The notes under the pieces: model-generated | Databases searched by the model: none | Seen by the model: only the letters and a program-made list of their open reading frames with translations | What the model was told of the DNA's origin: nothing | Translations under genes and position numbers: made by a program | Shown here: piece by piece, positions 25,476 through 40,136 of the stretch | Numbering within the stretch: the first letter of the stretch is position 1 | Layout: every line of letters starts with the position of its first letter | Assembly: GCA_013265495.1 (NCBI GenBank) | Contig: MU058451.1 | Coordinates: forward strand, 2,537,305 to 2,601,304 | Direction of reading: 5' to 3' | Source of the DNA: Vicugna vicugna | Lineage: Eukaryota | DNA length: 64,000 nt

Positions 25476-27320
25476 TTTTTTAAGAAAAGGAAATAAGGTA
25501 AAAAGAATAAAAGAATTAAATCAATAAGAACTAATAGTATCTGTATTCTAAATTTTCCTTATATGTATCTTTATTTTTTTTTTGAATGACTTAATTTAAT
25601 CATGATTTTTATGTCAGGAAAAAAAAACTGAGATGAGATTTGGATTTTACTTGGCAATACTCAAAATACCTAGTAAAGAATGGGTTTTGGAGTTGGAACG
25701 AAATAGATTTAAATCCCCATTTTATAACTTACTACATATATGATCTTAAGTGAATTAAACTTGAATCTCAGTTTCCTAACAGGTAATATGGGGATAAAAA
25801 TACATACCTTAGAGAACCATCGTACCTGTGTTTAGAGAAGCTGGTAGCGTTCTATAAATGATAAACTAATAATAACTTTAACTGTTACTGTCTTATGTCC
25901 CTCAGTGGGACAGATATTCCTCAAAAGTAGGGACAATTTCATGTGTTTCCCTTGAATGACCCTACTGCTCTCAGCATGGCGATAGGTATACAATAACAAC
26001 TCAATATGCGCTGAATTCTCTTTGAACTTTTAACTTTCGCCTTTAAAAATTACTGTATTTTCTTACTGTAATAATAATACCCTAAACGATAAAAGGTTAG
26101 GTTCTATTGCTTTTTAAATAAAAGTGGGGTTTTTTGATGAAGTTAATACATCATTTCCAAAGGCATCAAACCAACAAGAGTAGTTCAACCAGTGTGGTAG
26201 TTTCATGATGCAAAACACAGAACAAGATTTCCAAATGTTCTCCATATTCCGGATTCTTTTTTTAATGAATACTGAATCACTATGTCATACACCTAAAACT
26301 AATATATTTTCATGTTAATTACAACTCAAAAAAATTATGAAGGGAAAAAAGAAAAAATGTCTCAGTCCTCCCTTGTCCCTGTCTTGAAAGGTTATGCTGT
26401 GTTCTTTACAAACTCTTTTTTTTTTTTTTGCCAATTTTCCATTTCCTGCTAAGCTGAGAGCAGTCCTCATCGCCTCTTGGTACGATGAAAGAAATCAGAC
26501 CTCTTCCATGCAATATGCCAAGAGTCATGAGCTTAGGAAAAGCAGTTACAAAATCAGACCAATTCCTGCATATTCTGTAATTTTGTTTCCAAATTTGCTA
26601 GTTAAAAATATTTTTAACGGCCAATGAATGGCACCTTCCAATGCCTCATCGCTTCATGACAATTATTATTTTTGCTTCAGATTTTCATACCAAGAACCCT
26701 ATTTTCATTTATACTGGCGGACCCTGTTCCTCACGATCCCTTTCTCAACACAGGACTCCAGGCTGCTGACTTTGATCTTTCAAAACTTTCTAGAGATTAT
26801 TTCTATACTCACATGCTCCTCACATATCTTATTTTCTTCTATCACACCAGAAACTGTTAAACAAAAAAAAAACGACCCCCCCTCCAGCTGCCCAACTTAA
26901 AATTTTCTTCCAAGAATTTATTTCACTAATTCTTCTTAGTTGTAAACTTCCAAAAAGAACTCTCAGGTAACTATGAAGAAGGATTATCAAGTTCAACTTG
27001 CATACTAATTACTAAGCTTCTTTTTCTAACTATAAGAATTATATTAAAAACTCACTGCTGGAAACAAAGATTTATTAACGTATTATCAATATACCACAAT
27101 AAAAACTTGTAAACAAAACAAAATCTAGGGCTCGAGATATCACTACTGAGAGCACACGATTCAAAAATGCTCCTCTACATTTTTAATTTCTACCTTGGAA
27201 AAACATTACATGTATTAAAAAGATGCAAATATAGTGCAGAGTTCCCATATACCCTTCACCTAACTTTCCTTTGTATTAGCATCTTACATAACCACAATAC
27301 ATTGGTCAAAACTGAAAACT

Positions 27321-27505
27321 GATGAACAACAAGTTTATACTGTATAGCACAGGGAAGTATATTCAGTATCTTGCAGTAACCTATTTTGAAAAAGAATATG
27401 AAAATGAATGTATGTATGTGTATGTATGACCAGAACATGCTGTACACCAGGGATGGACACAACACTATAAACTGACAACATGTCAATAAAAAGAAGAATG
27501 GGAAA
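27321..27505 (+). mobile_element. Camelid-type L1 3' end nested in an older reverse L1 3' fragment (about 27200-27565)
   Basis: aacaacaagtttatactgtatagcacaggg...tcaataaaaa. The host repeat resumes afterwards. Confidence 0.8.
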
Positions 27506-27764
27506 AAAACCTAAAAATTAAAGACTGGTTCAACAGTATTAATTAAACCACAGATTTTATTTGTAGAGTCTATTCTTTATGAATAAATGAAAACACCTCT
27601 GAGGTAATCGGACATCCAGATGTCCTGAGGAATTCCTATTAAATTATCCTAATTTATCTTGGTTCCCAGTTATGTTCTATGGCGAACTTTGATTCCTATG
27701 AGAATATGGATTCATAGTAACATAGAGCCTTGATGTTGGAAGAAACCTTAGAAGTCATCTAGAT

Positions 27765-28003
27765 TAGTGTTTTTCAAAAGTACAAATGATCAACAAGTCA
27801 TGAAACAAATTTAATGAGTCACAACTAGCATTTTTAATAAAACAAAATAGAAAATATTAGACAACAGCACACACATTAAGGGTATCACTGCTTCATAAAT
27901 CTTCTGTTTTAGTTGTGTATGTGTATATATCCATAACATGTACTAGGTCACACTAATGAAAAAATATTCCTCACCACAGGTTAGTCAAAAGTTTTAAGTC
28001 ACT
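27765..28003. mobile_element. hAT-Charlie-type DNA transposon remnant
   Basis: Charlie-like ends agtgtttttcaaa / aagttttaagtcact. Confidence 0.45.
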
Positions 28004-28315
28004 CGCCTCCATCAAGTCACAGAAGGAAACCTGTCTTCAGTATCTCTGTCAGATGATAAGGCTACTTCCACTATATTACCAAAGGTAGGATACTTATTAC
28101 TTACACTTCGGACAGTAATGTTAGGAAATACTTTATGTGGAGCCAACAATTAACTATCTCTGTTGACTTTTGATCCACAACTCACAGGAAAAGTTTTTTT
28201 CTTTCAAAGAAAAATATCATGCAGTCCTATTCCTTCTTCTTTTTCTTCCTCTTTTTTAAAAATCAGAGATGATTACACCTCAAGTTCAAAAATCTACCAT
28301 AAAGGGGGTTGGTTT

Positions 28316-28345
28316 TTTGTTTGGTTGGTTGGTTGGTTGGTTGGT
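28316..28345. repeat. (TTGG)n microsatellite
   Basis: Read directly from the sequence. Confidence 0.85.
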
Positions 28346-29442
28346 TCCCAAGAAGAGACTCTGGAGACAGAGGCAATAAAGGAACAGAAAAAAAAAAAAA
28401 CACATAAGGACTCTAGATTGGAGAAAAGAAGCAATACCAAAGAAAAAAGTCAAATCAATAAAGGAGTATTTTTGTAGAAGACATGAAAAAAATTATCAAA
28501 CTCTGCAGACAATTTCATTCATAAGAGCATGCATTATTTACTAGCAAATCTCATTTTGGAAATGAGACCTTTTAAATTTTTTAAATACACACATTCAAAG
28601 AGACAGAGAGAAAAGAAAGAACTATATTCAGAAGAAGGGAGAACAAATTATGCACAAATGAACCCTTTCTCCATTAACATATAATAAAGTAATTATATGT
28701 AATCTATCAAACAATTGTTATTCCTGTCTAATCCCAAGTAAAGTATCTCATATTATTAAATAAATATATATAAATATTTTATAAATATATAGTTTGCCAA
28801 ATCTATATTCAGTTAGCTGGCAACTTCTTTCTACCTAAAATGCAGAAGAAACTCAAAATGTGTAAAGGGAAAAGTAAATTCTGACATCAAAAAATCCTCA
28901 AACTAAACAAAGCTCATGCATTTCACACTTACAGGAGACCTCAGGACCCAATTCAAAGCCCTGTTAGTCTTACTCTGCTCCCAATTCCAACTACAATATC
29001 AGTTTCCAAGACAAAAGCAGTTTAAGAACATTAAACTACAGGAGTGGGGGCAAGGAGGACAAACACTGTATACACTGACATGCAACAAGAAGCAAGATGA
29101 TAGCCTAACTGCTAAGGATGATTTGGAAAGTAACAGAGCAGACTTGGGTGCTCAAGAAACTGATGTCTAGCACAAGGACAAACCACAATCTCAGGAGGCT
29201 TATAATAATAGTTGTCATTTATATGGTTGACAATGAGTCAACATGTGAGATTCTTTTATGTTCATAACTGCGGCATCAGCAATCTGTAAAACCTGCCTGT
29301 CCAGAACAATTGATTCCCTGAGGGTTGTGGTTAACTATAATTTTTATCTTCTACTTTAACTCTTTCAAAAGTTCTCTGACTACTTAAACCAACATATCAT
29401 AAAGTAATCTTTGATGTTAATAGAGGGTAAAGTGTGTTTGGG

Positions 29443-29612
29443 TTAGTATTCCAATGACTGGACATTAAAATCACCAGGGGAACTTATTAAAACACTGGTG
29501 TTCAAATTCCCCAACCAGAGATTCTGGTTTAATTAGTTTAGATTGAGTCTGCCATCAGAGCTGCTAATGCTTTCCAGGACAGCCTGATATCCAGTCAGAG
29601 TTGGGAACCACT
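29443..29612. mobile_element. MER5-like DNA transposon
   Basis: cattaaaatcaccaggggaacttattaaaa...gttgggaaccact. Confidence 0.65.
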
Positions 29613-31189
29613 TAGATAAATAATCCTCTAAATGACATCTTTAAGGAGTCTTTAGAGGAATACAGTAAGCAGCATTTCCCAAATTTGTCTTCAAGTCCAT
29701 TTTTCATGGGGCACCTAATGGTACTCACTTTGGTAATTCTTCAGCTAAAAATCAAGGTAAATATTAAGTTTAGAATCAAATTTCCAAATTTTTTAAAAGC
29801 TCTGCTGTGCTCATCAGTGCCAGGAGAAGTGAGAGAAGGAAAAGGCTCACTTTTACACGGCTGTCACATTTTTTATTATATTACAAAAACTCCAAGTGAA
29901 GGATTTTAACTAAAAAACTTAATAGCTTATTTAAATGATGTTTTCATTAAATCTGTGACTCAAAAGCATTCATACATTGTGAAAGCTAATTTGAAAGATA
30001 AATTCATGCTGCCCTCTAATGGGTCAAGATAAAATTTTTTACCTGGACTATACCAGAAATACTAATGATGGAACAATGTTATCATTTCATAAATAGGAAG
30101 ACTATATTAAATACCATAGAAAGAAAATAAGATTTCACTTTTGGGTGTGAATGAGCTCAGAAGATTAATTATGACTGCTTTACTCATGCTCAAGACTTTT
30201 AAAACGATCAATACATTTTCATCAAGCTGCCATATTTACCTATGCATGTGGAAATCAAGATGAAAATGTGCACCACCTCTGTGCATTCTGCAGTGGCCAT
30301 CTCTAACTCAGCTTCTCTTCAAATAAGTCACAGCAGTGGTCTTCAAACCTAATGCTCATACCTCATAAAAGAATTTTGAAAACTACATATACTCTTGCTT
30401 ATTTTGTATTACATCTAAAATTTTAATTAGTATCTAAAATTTTTCATTAGAAGCTTAGATACTTGCAAAGGATGTAGTTTCTGGCTTACTGTAAATATAT
30501 GACATTTCAAAATAATAGCACTATGTCACTCATCTAAATGTACCCAAAGGAATCTAAGTAATATAGCAGGTTGATATATATACTCATCTACTTCAAAAAT
30601 ACATGAATTCTGTTAAATATCAGAAATTTTACATCTTTTTTTCTTCTTAAACTTGTCTTTTACACTACTGTCTCCATAGATTTTTATCCTAATGTTACAT
30701 TTTATACCTAAAAGTCTTCTATTGCTCACTCTATCATACCTCTATGCATCAAAAATATGGACATTAATTTAAATTTTTAGCAGTCTATATTTACTGTGAC
30801 TATATGCATGAATGTTAAAAAAAATTTGTGGAATGAGCTATTATTGTAGTTATTATTAGCAGATAACTAATGGAACATAAATATCACAAACTATTGATAA
30901 ATAATTCTTAAACAAAAAGTAAAATCTTTGTGGACATGCTTCTCAGGGACATAGGGCTTTAAAAAAAATGTATATTGTATCTAAAGAAAGACTATTTCTT
31001 GCTGCTAAATAAGATAGGTTCTCAGTTTTATTTCTATTTCACAGTTTTCTAGGTATAATCGTCCCTGAAAAACATTATTCACATGAAAAAGTAAATCACA
31101 CCTAAAAAACAAAAAAAGCAACTCACCCCTAAGTTCTGTTATAATTTTTTTTCTATGTCACAACTTACACTATGATCTGCCATCAGAAA

Positions 31190-33290
31190 TTATTTTTAAT
31201 TATTTTAACTGTCAACCAATCCCAAATCAGGCTATCCAAAAAAAAGTCTTCGTTTCTCAAGTCAAATATGTTTTGGGCTTAAAAGAAAAAGATTTTTAGT
31301 TGTCTCACAAAGCAAGACCCAACTACATGCCATATACAAGAGACATGCCAAAAACAGAGAAAGGCTGAAAAAGAAAAGGATACACAAAAGTATCCTAGGT
31401 TATTGGAAAGAAAAAGAAAACAGCAATTATTCTCCTGATACCAAAGTAGAATTCTGGCTAAAAATGCACTGATGTCAAAGGACACTTTTTTAATGCTAAC
31501 ATTTGCAATTTTCAATAATACATGAATACCAATGTGCCAATTAATGCAGCAACCACCATTATGAAGCAAAGACTATAGGAGATTTGAGGAGACATGGAGA
31601 GAGGAACACAAATTCTAAGATATTTTAACATACCACTCTTAGTATAACACAGATCAAATGAGGAAACCGTATGTAAGGATACAGAACACCAAAGCAACAA
31701 AATCTTATAGAAGATCGATCTATCTACCTACCTACCTATCTATCCATACACACACACACACACACATATGTAAGTGTACATATATATCAAACTTCACATC
31801 CTTTATACTTCCTCTCAGGGGTATTTGCATATTCACACTGATCTTACACTGTATCTCAAAGAAAGCATGAGTAAGCGCCACAAAAAGAAGTATTACAAAA
31901 ACCAGCCTTGGATCACAATATAATAAGCCAAAAATTAACAACATTTTAAAAAGAAAAAGACCCTTCTATTCTGAAATTGAACCTTTATTAAAGAATTTTA
32001 ACAAGAAAGGGAAAATACAAACGAGAACTATGTATGGAATGACTGACAAAAATGATAATGAAAATACTGCAGATGAGAACCTACAGGACACATGGAAAGC
32101 AATGACTGAGGAAACTTCATGGCCTTCAGCAGTTACACCAGTAAAAAGGAAAGCCTTACAATAAACATATTAAATTCAACTCAAGAAGCTTTTCTAAAAG
32201 TGATATACATTTTTACTAATTTGGGTGTGAGAATCTGTTTGCTCATGTTTTATTTTTTTTCTTATATATTTATATTTGGTTTTAGACTGCAGTTTCCTTT
32301 TCTGTACTCTCTTGCCCAGTTTAGGTATCAATGTTATACTTGTTTTATAAAGAAAAGTTGGGAATTCCACTTTTGATCTTTATGTAGTCAATATACCATT
32401 AAAGCTGTGGACTTCTACAATCTGGTAGATAGAATTCCCCTGTGAAACCATGTGAGCCTGATGCTTTTTAATGTGTTTATTAACATTCTCTATTTTCCCC
32501 CAATGGATACTGATGCATTTAAGCTTTCTATCTCTAATGGGCCAACTCTGGTGAACAGTACTTCCTAGGAAATGATCAATATTGCCTAGGCTTTCAAATA
32601 CATTTGTACAGAGATCTACAAAATAGGCTCCTCCACCTTGCTGAAATTTTTCCTGGTTTCAATGGTCATTTCCTCCTTGCCATTTCTTGGTTGTTTTTTT
32701 TTTTTTTATTTGTGCCTTCTCCATTTTTCCTCCTTGAGAGCTAGCTAGCAGTCTATTTTGTTAATTTTAAAACTCATGGTTTTGATTTATCAGTTATATC
32801 TACTTTTTTCTTTACTTCACTCATTCTGTTTTAATCTTCATTATTTCTTTCTTTACATTGTCATTTACTCTTTTAAACTAGCTTTTACGATGTTGAGCCA
32901 TCCCATCCCAGACCAAAAATATCTTTCCATTTGTTGAAGTTTACCTTTATGTCTTTCAAGAGTACTCTAAAGCTTTCCTCATATATTTTTGCACATTTCT
33001 TTTTAAGTTTATTCCTCAGTATTTCATCTTCTTTGTTGTTATTATAGAGTTTTTTCCATCATTATATAGTCTACCTATACTTCCTTGTATATATGAAGGC
33101 TACTGATTGAAACGAATTGAATTCTTTTGCTGTTTCAATTACTTTCTAAACCTTATGCCTCTTTTGCTGTTTCAATTACTTTCTAAACCTTATGCCTCTA
33201 AACTGCTTTCTCTTTCTCCTCTAATTGCACTGACTAATGTGCCTAGGACAACACTGAATACTGGAGATGGTGTGCCTTGCTCCTGATTTT
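31190..33290. mobile_element. Rearranged ancient L1 ORF2: + strand EN region to about 32190, minus-strand segments about 32191-32880 and 32890-33290
   Basis: aagcaagacccaactacatgcc (EN) on +. Reverse-strand ORF2 motifs after 32190. Confidence 0.7.
33124..33197. repeat. Perfect 37-bp tandem duplication
   Basis: cttttgctgtttcaattactttctaaaccttatgcct twice (33124-33160, 33161-33197). Confidence 0.97.
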
Positions 33291-36200
33291 TGTGATAAAT
33301 AAGTTAAAAACCCTCTGATGTACTTTCAAGGTGTCTGTGGTAATTGCTGTTACAGCATTTACCATCCTGAACTATAATCACCTGTCTTCTCCCACGCTCT
33401 ACACCCAGGAACAAGGGTGGTATCTCACTCATCTTCATGTTCACCAACATCTTGCTTCTCAAGAACTACTCACTGATTGATATTGACGTAATGAATGAAT
33501 CAATCTATGAATCAATACATTCCTAGTGCCAATGAATCAGAGACAAAACATGTTCCCAGACAAGAATCAGGAACTGAGAAGTGATGTCAAAATTTGTGGG
33601 ATCACTTCACACCCGTTAGGATGACTATTACCAAAAAAAAAAAAAAAAAAAAAAAAAAGAATGAGAATCCTTGTATAAAACTAAATTTGAATGCTGTGGA
33701 CTTTATTTTGTAAAGCAAAAGTTTGCCTACAAAATATGGGAATTGTTCTGTTCCCGCACTCCTTAACAACTTCACGTTGCACTAAATTGTGAATTCTGTA
33801 CTACTGCTATAAGGCACATCTTCCCCACAATGCGCTGGTCAAATCAATGCCTTTATCACTTTTTCAACCTCAGCTGCCTTTCTGCTACTTCCGCACCTGG
33901 TCATGGACCCCACTTCTGGCTTTAAGCCTTCTGAAGCATGCCCAACCTTAAGGCACTTCCTAGGACTGACTAAACTTGCTTCCATTAATAGACAATTTGA
34001 AATTAAATCTGTGGAGGGGAAAACTCCCTCTCTCCGTTACCCCTTTCTTTTCTACTCCTGCTATTATTAGAGTTGCTAGAGGCTCACTGCTATTGATCAG
34101 GTGGCATCAAGGGAAAAATGTTCCTTGGAAGCCAAAGTTAGAACTGTTTACAAGGTACACTGTTCAAATGAGTTTTTACAGGCTTTCTTGGGAACTTTGC
34201 CACCATTTATCACAATCTTTCTATGAGGAAATACATTCTAAGTTTCCAGTAACCAACATAAAAACAAACTTTGGAAAACGGCCTATTCTGATGATCACCC
34301 AAAATCTTGCCCAGAATTTATTAGACATAATATTCCATTTCCAAGAAATCCTATTACTACAGAAACTTCTATAAACATGTAACATAAACTCTCATTATTA
34401 AAAGTCATAGTGCTTGCATTAAAAACTATACTTAAATTTCTTTCTAAATGCAGTTAACATTAAAAACTCCACAAACCCCTCACTAAGAATCAACAGTTGA
34501 GGGAAATACATAAGAAGTGATTAAATACTAAGGAGAAACATCTGGTAGATAATACTGTTTCTCAATTCATAAAGGAACTCTCCAAAACAAAGGAAAAAAA
34601 GATACAGAATTTTTCAAATTTCTCAGAGCTAACACTAGCTACCAACCTATATAAATTTTCTTTGCACAATTCTAGAAATGAATGCACACTCATCTACATG
34701 TGACATGCCACCTTAAAACAAGCTTCATAAACTGAACTGTCATTTTGCCAAACATTTTCTTAAAACACAAGTAAATAAGCATTGCTAAAGCAAGATTTTG
34801 CTCAAGTGAACAAAAAGACAATAACACGTGTGAGATAGCACTGCTTCAAACACAAAGGGAATTAAGCACTGCACTTGGTTTTCAGAGCCTAAACAACAGA
34901 TTAATAAAATTAGTCTCAAATAAAAGAACAAAGAGGATGCTATTTATTTCCCCTAATCTAGTGTAAAACTTTTTTAAACTTTTAAACCAAATTTTGGACT
35001 AGAAAGAGAGATAGTTCTTGTAAAAAGATCTTATATAATAATACGAGTAAAATTCACCTTTATGGAAAATAACGCATAAACTTAGTAAAAATAATTCAGA
35101 AAGGATCTCAAGAACGTATTTTTTAGAAAGTGACTAAATGAAAATCACATTAAGGTCAAGCCAGAATTATAAAAAGTCATCTTTTAAATTTAAGAATTGG
35201 TTTTGTGTACTTCTGCTTTTGTTTGCAGGGGTTTCAGGGGGAGGGAATATGAAAAATGTTAAACTTGTGCGGCATGAAAACAGTTTTCATTTAATAAACA
35301 TACCAGATATTTTTTAACCGTCTCTAATCCAAAATTAAGTGGTGAGCCTTAGGCCCGTGTGACTGTTTCCAAGGAGTGTGAAGTCCTGAATTTGTATCAT
35401 GGGCAATTTATCACCAAGTTATTAGTACTTGAATACTAACTCTGTGGCAAGTAAACACAAACTAGCCATTCTATAGGGACGAAAGCGAGAAAGTAGAAAG
35501 ATCAAAGGTAAAACAGGTGGCTATAAAGCAGAAGAGGTATGTGTAAAGAGGCATGCTGCAAACAATTACATAAAAGGCACAGATTTTCTGAGGCTTGTGT
35601 TTAAATCCGAAGCTAATAACTGCTGAAGTACACAGTAGTCTTCCAGAGAAATGACTCTCCGGGCTGCAATGGCAGTATTGTTCCAAGGTCAACTAAATTC
35701 CAACGAAATGCCACGAGTATGCACACTTGTATTATAGACTTGGTCACCCTCTTCTCTAAGAAATAATAATAGAATCATAGCCTAAGTCTTTTTAACTGGG
35801 TATAAATGAAATTTTTTAAATCTCTCAAAATAACATTGTCCTGGCAAAAACACACTGATATTTAAATTATTTTTAAGGAACTAAAAACACTACGGTAAAA
35901 TAAGGTAATGGGTCTCCTGTGGTCACAGAATTGTTATACCTAATCCTGAAAACAACACTGTGAGGAAGTGCAATTTATTCTCCCCAATTTACAGGTGAGT
36001 TAACTGAGAAGCCAAATGTCGAGCATCCTGCTCAAATCCACACGGCTAACATTTCAATTCCAGAGTCTGCACTTGCAAGACCAGACTGTATTACCTACAA
36101 TACAATAAAGACTAGCAATGAAATAACATTTACTAAGGACAGGCAGAAGCTAAGCAATTTATAGACATATGATTTTATCCTCAAATACTTTATGAGGTAA

Positions 36201-37279
36201 ATAATTTTAGCCCCTAGAAAGATATTTACCATGGCTTTGGCCAAATGCTTGAGAGGAAGAGATTAGGTGCTTTTTTAGAAATATTTTTAGCTTCAAAGAA
36301 AATTGAGAATTATAAAATGAATTTTTAAGTCAATTTTACTGAGGTATAATTTACATGTAATGAAATGGGCCTATTTTAAGCTCATAACTAATGAGTTTGA
36401 CATACATACAACAATCACCAAAATCAAGATATAGAACATTTCTATCACCAGAAGACAGTGTTGATATCTTCTAGGAGAAATGTCCATCTAAGATCTAGGC
36501 AACCAATGAACTGCTTTTTGTCACAATGGATTAGTTTCACCTGCTCTAAAATGTCACAAAAACAGAATCTTATAGTTTATATACCACGCGTCTGGCTTTT
36601 TGTTCAGCATAGTGCTTTGGGGATTCATTCACTTTGTGGCTTGGATCAGAAGTTTTTCTACTGAGTTGTATTCCATTTGAACTATGGTTTTAAGCCACAT
36701 TTCCCTGATAACTAATGGTTTTAAGCATCTTTTCAAGTGTTTATTGGCCATTCTTCTCTCTTCTTCAATGAAGAATCTAGTCAAATGTTGTGCTCATATT
36801 TTAATTATCTCTTTATTGAGTTGTAAGTGTTCATTTATACCATTCTAGATACAACTCCATCAACATATGTATTGCAAATGTTTTCATCCAGAATATGGTC
36901 CTGCTTTTTCACTTTTAAGACAGTGACTTCCAGGTACCAGAAGTTTTAAATTTTGATGAAGTTTAATTTCTCTATTTTTTTTTCTTTTATAATTTGTGTT
37001 CTTTGTGTTCTAAGATATCTTTGCCTATCTCTAAAGGAACAGTAAATTTTCTTTTAGAAGTTTTACAGCTTTATACATGTAGGTCTATGGTCTATTTCTA
37101 GTTCGCTTTCCTCTACGGTGTGAGGTGTTGAGGATCATTTTTTCCCATCCGGACATCCAACTGTTCTACCACTGTTTTTGGAAAGAGTGGCCTTTGCCTG
37201 TTAACACCTTTGTTGAAATTAATTTTGAAAAAAACAAATTGACCATATATGGGTGCATTTATTTCTTGACTCTTTATTC

Positions 37280-37600
37280 CAGGGATCAGCAAACTTTCTG
37301 TAAAGGGCCAAATGGTAAATATTTTGGAATTTGCAAGCCATGAAATCTGTCATACCTACTCAACTCTACTTCTGTAGCATGACAGCAGCTACAGACAAAA
37401 CATAAATAAATGATCATGGCTGTGTCCCAATAAAATTTTATTGACAGACACTAAAAATTTCAATTTTATCTAAATTTTATGTGTCATTCTTTTCATTTTT
37501 TTTCCTCAACAATTTTAAAGTGTTAAAAAATATTCTTAGTTTGCAGGCCATACAAAAACAGGCAGGCCAGACTTGGTCCATTTGGCCACAGCCAACCTCT
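37280..37600 (+). mobile_element. MER58B-like element nested in L1
   Basis: cagggatcagcaaactttctgtaaagggcc..., similar to the 21261 copy. Confidence 0.8.
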
Positions 37601-37626
37601 GCCCCGTTCTGCTCCACTGATCTATG

Positions 37627-37960
37627 CAGTTGGCCCTCGGTATCTGTGGGTTACACATTCCCAGATTCAATCAACCACAGGTAGATAATATTCAGGAAAA
37701 AGAAAAAATCCAGAAAATTCCAAAAAGCAAAACTTGAGTTTGCCACGTGCCCTGGCAACTATTTAGATAGCATTTACACTGTATTAGGTATTGTAAGTAA
37801 TCTCGAGATGACTTAAAGAATACGGGAGAATGTGCATAGATTATATGCAAACACGACACCATTTTATATAAGGGACTTGAGCATCACTGGATTATGGTAT
37901 CCGTGGGGACTAGGGGTGGGGTTCTGGAACTAATCGTCCACAAATACCAAGGGACAACTG
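37627..37960 (-). mobile_element. MER2/MER2B (TcMar-Tigger) element nested in L1
   Basis: TIRs cagttggccctcggtatctgtgg / ccacaaataccaagggacaactg followed by TA. Core ccattttatataagggacttgagcatc. Confidence 0.85.
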
Positions 37961-39199
37961 TATATTACTCCCTATGCCAACATTCCACTGTCTTGATTAC
38001 TGCAGCTTTTTAGCAAATGTTGAAGTCATGTAGTGTGACCTCTCCAAATTTGTTTATCCTTTTCAAAATTGTTTTGGCTACTGCAAATCCTTTACATCTC
38101 CACACAAATGTTAATATTATTTTATCAATTTTACAAAAAAAATACCTCCTAAGATTTTGGCTGGGATTGCATGCACCTTCATGTTAACTTTAGGAAAACT
38201 GACATCTTGATATCAAGTGTTCTTTGAGCAATATTTTTTCTCTTTCAGTATAAAAGTCATGCACATATTTTGTCACATTTAACCCTGAGTATATGTTTTT
38301 ATGCTTTTTTAAGTTTCCAGTTGTTCAACACTATTAAATAAAAATACTGTTGATTTTTTGTACATTGACTTTGTAACCTGTGACCTTTGCTCAACTCATT
38401 TATTTCAACAGCTTTTCATTTGTGATTTCTTATCATTTTCTACATACAGCATCATGTCATTTGCAAATACAGTTTTATTTCTTTTCCAGTATTTTCCCCC
38501 ATTAATTTCTTCTTCATATTACACTTGCTAGAACTCCAGTACAGTGTTGAATAGAAATGATAATGGTGTATATCACTGATTTGTTCTTCATCTTACAAGT
38601 ATTCAGTCTTTCACTATAAAACATAATGTCAGCTAGACGTTGTTCAGGGAAGTCCTTTTATCAGATTAAGTAAATTCTCTTACACTCCTAGTTTGACGAG
38701 TCTGGATCATGAATGAGTGCTGATTTTCGTCAAATGCTTTTTGTGTCTAATAAGATGCTCATACTTTTTTTCTTTATTCTATTATGGTTAATGCTTTCCT
38801 AAGATAAACTTCATTTAATCATGGTGTATTATATTATTTAAATTTTCCTTAATTTAATTTGCTAATATTTTGTTAAGGATTTTATATCTATGATAATGAA
38901 AGGATAGTGATCTCAAGTTTTCTCTTTTAAGTTTTTTGTCTGGTCTTAGTATCAAGATAATGCTGGCCTCATAAAATGAGTTGGGAAGTGTTCCTTTCTT
39001 CTGTTTTCTGAGATATTGATATTATTTCTTCTTCAAATGTTGGTAGCATTTATAAGTGAAATAATTCAAGATTTCAATTTTCTTTGTGGAAAGTTTCTAA
39101 ATACAAATTCAACTTCTTTAATAGAGTTCTTGAGTCTTTCTATTTGCCTTTAAGTTAGTTTTGGTTATTTGCGCCTTCTTATAAATTTGCCCAATTCAT

Positions 39200-39392
39200 T
39201 TAAATCAGCAAACTTTTCCTTAAAGGGCCAGACAGTAAACATTCTAAGCTTGCTGGCCATATTTTGTCATAACTATTCACCTCTGCCATTATAGTTCAAA
39301 AGCAGCCAAAGATGACACATAAACAAACGGACATGGCTATGTTCCAATAAAACTGCAGGCAATGAGCCTGCAGGTCACAGTTTGCCAACCAA
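39200..39392 (+). mobile_element. MER58A-like element nested in L1
   Basis: tcagcaaacttttccttaaagggccagacagtaaa...agtttgccaacc. Confidence 0.8.
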
Positions 39393-40136
39393 TAATCTAA
39401 ATTATCAAATTCATAAAGTCATTCATAAAGCTCCCTTATAATTCTTTAAATGTTAACAGATTTCCCTGTTTTATTCTTGATATTGGTAATAATAGATCTT
39501 TGCCTTCTCTCTTTTTTAGTCTAGCTAGAAATTTACCAATTTTATAAATCTTTTCCCAGAAGTAGCTTTTGATTTCATTGATTTTTTTCAAATGCTTGTC
39601 TATTTTCAGTGTCACTGGTTTCTGCTCCTATCTTTATTATTTCCTTCTCTGTATTGTGGATTCAACGTGCTCTTCTCTTTCTAGCTTCTTAGGGTAGACG
39701 CCTAAAGCATTAATTTTGGATTTTTTTTTCTCACATAAGCATTTAAAGATATACATTCCCCATCCAAGCACTTTAGCTGCACCCACATATTTCAATGTTT
39801 CATTTTCATCTTCATTTAGTCCAAAATATTATTCTAATATTTTTGTGATTTCTCCTCTGACACATGTATTATTTAGAAATGTTTTTAAATTTCCAAATAT
39901 TTGTGGAATTTACCAGATACTTTTATGGTATTTACTTCTAACATAATCCCTTTGTGGACAGATGACACAGTTTGTATTATTTCAATTTTCTTAAACTTAC
40001 TGAAAATTGTCTCATAGCACAGCATATCATCTGTCTTGCAGAATACTCCATGTGTACTTGAAAAGAATGTATATTCTGTCATTACGGGATGGAGAGTTTC
40101 ATAACACTGGTTGACAGTGTTATTGAATTCTATAGA

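Noticed and set aside
33976..34374. 132-aa ORF on + strand
   Set aside because: TTG start, no recognisable domain, antisense within an intron. Consistent with chance.
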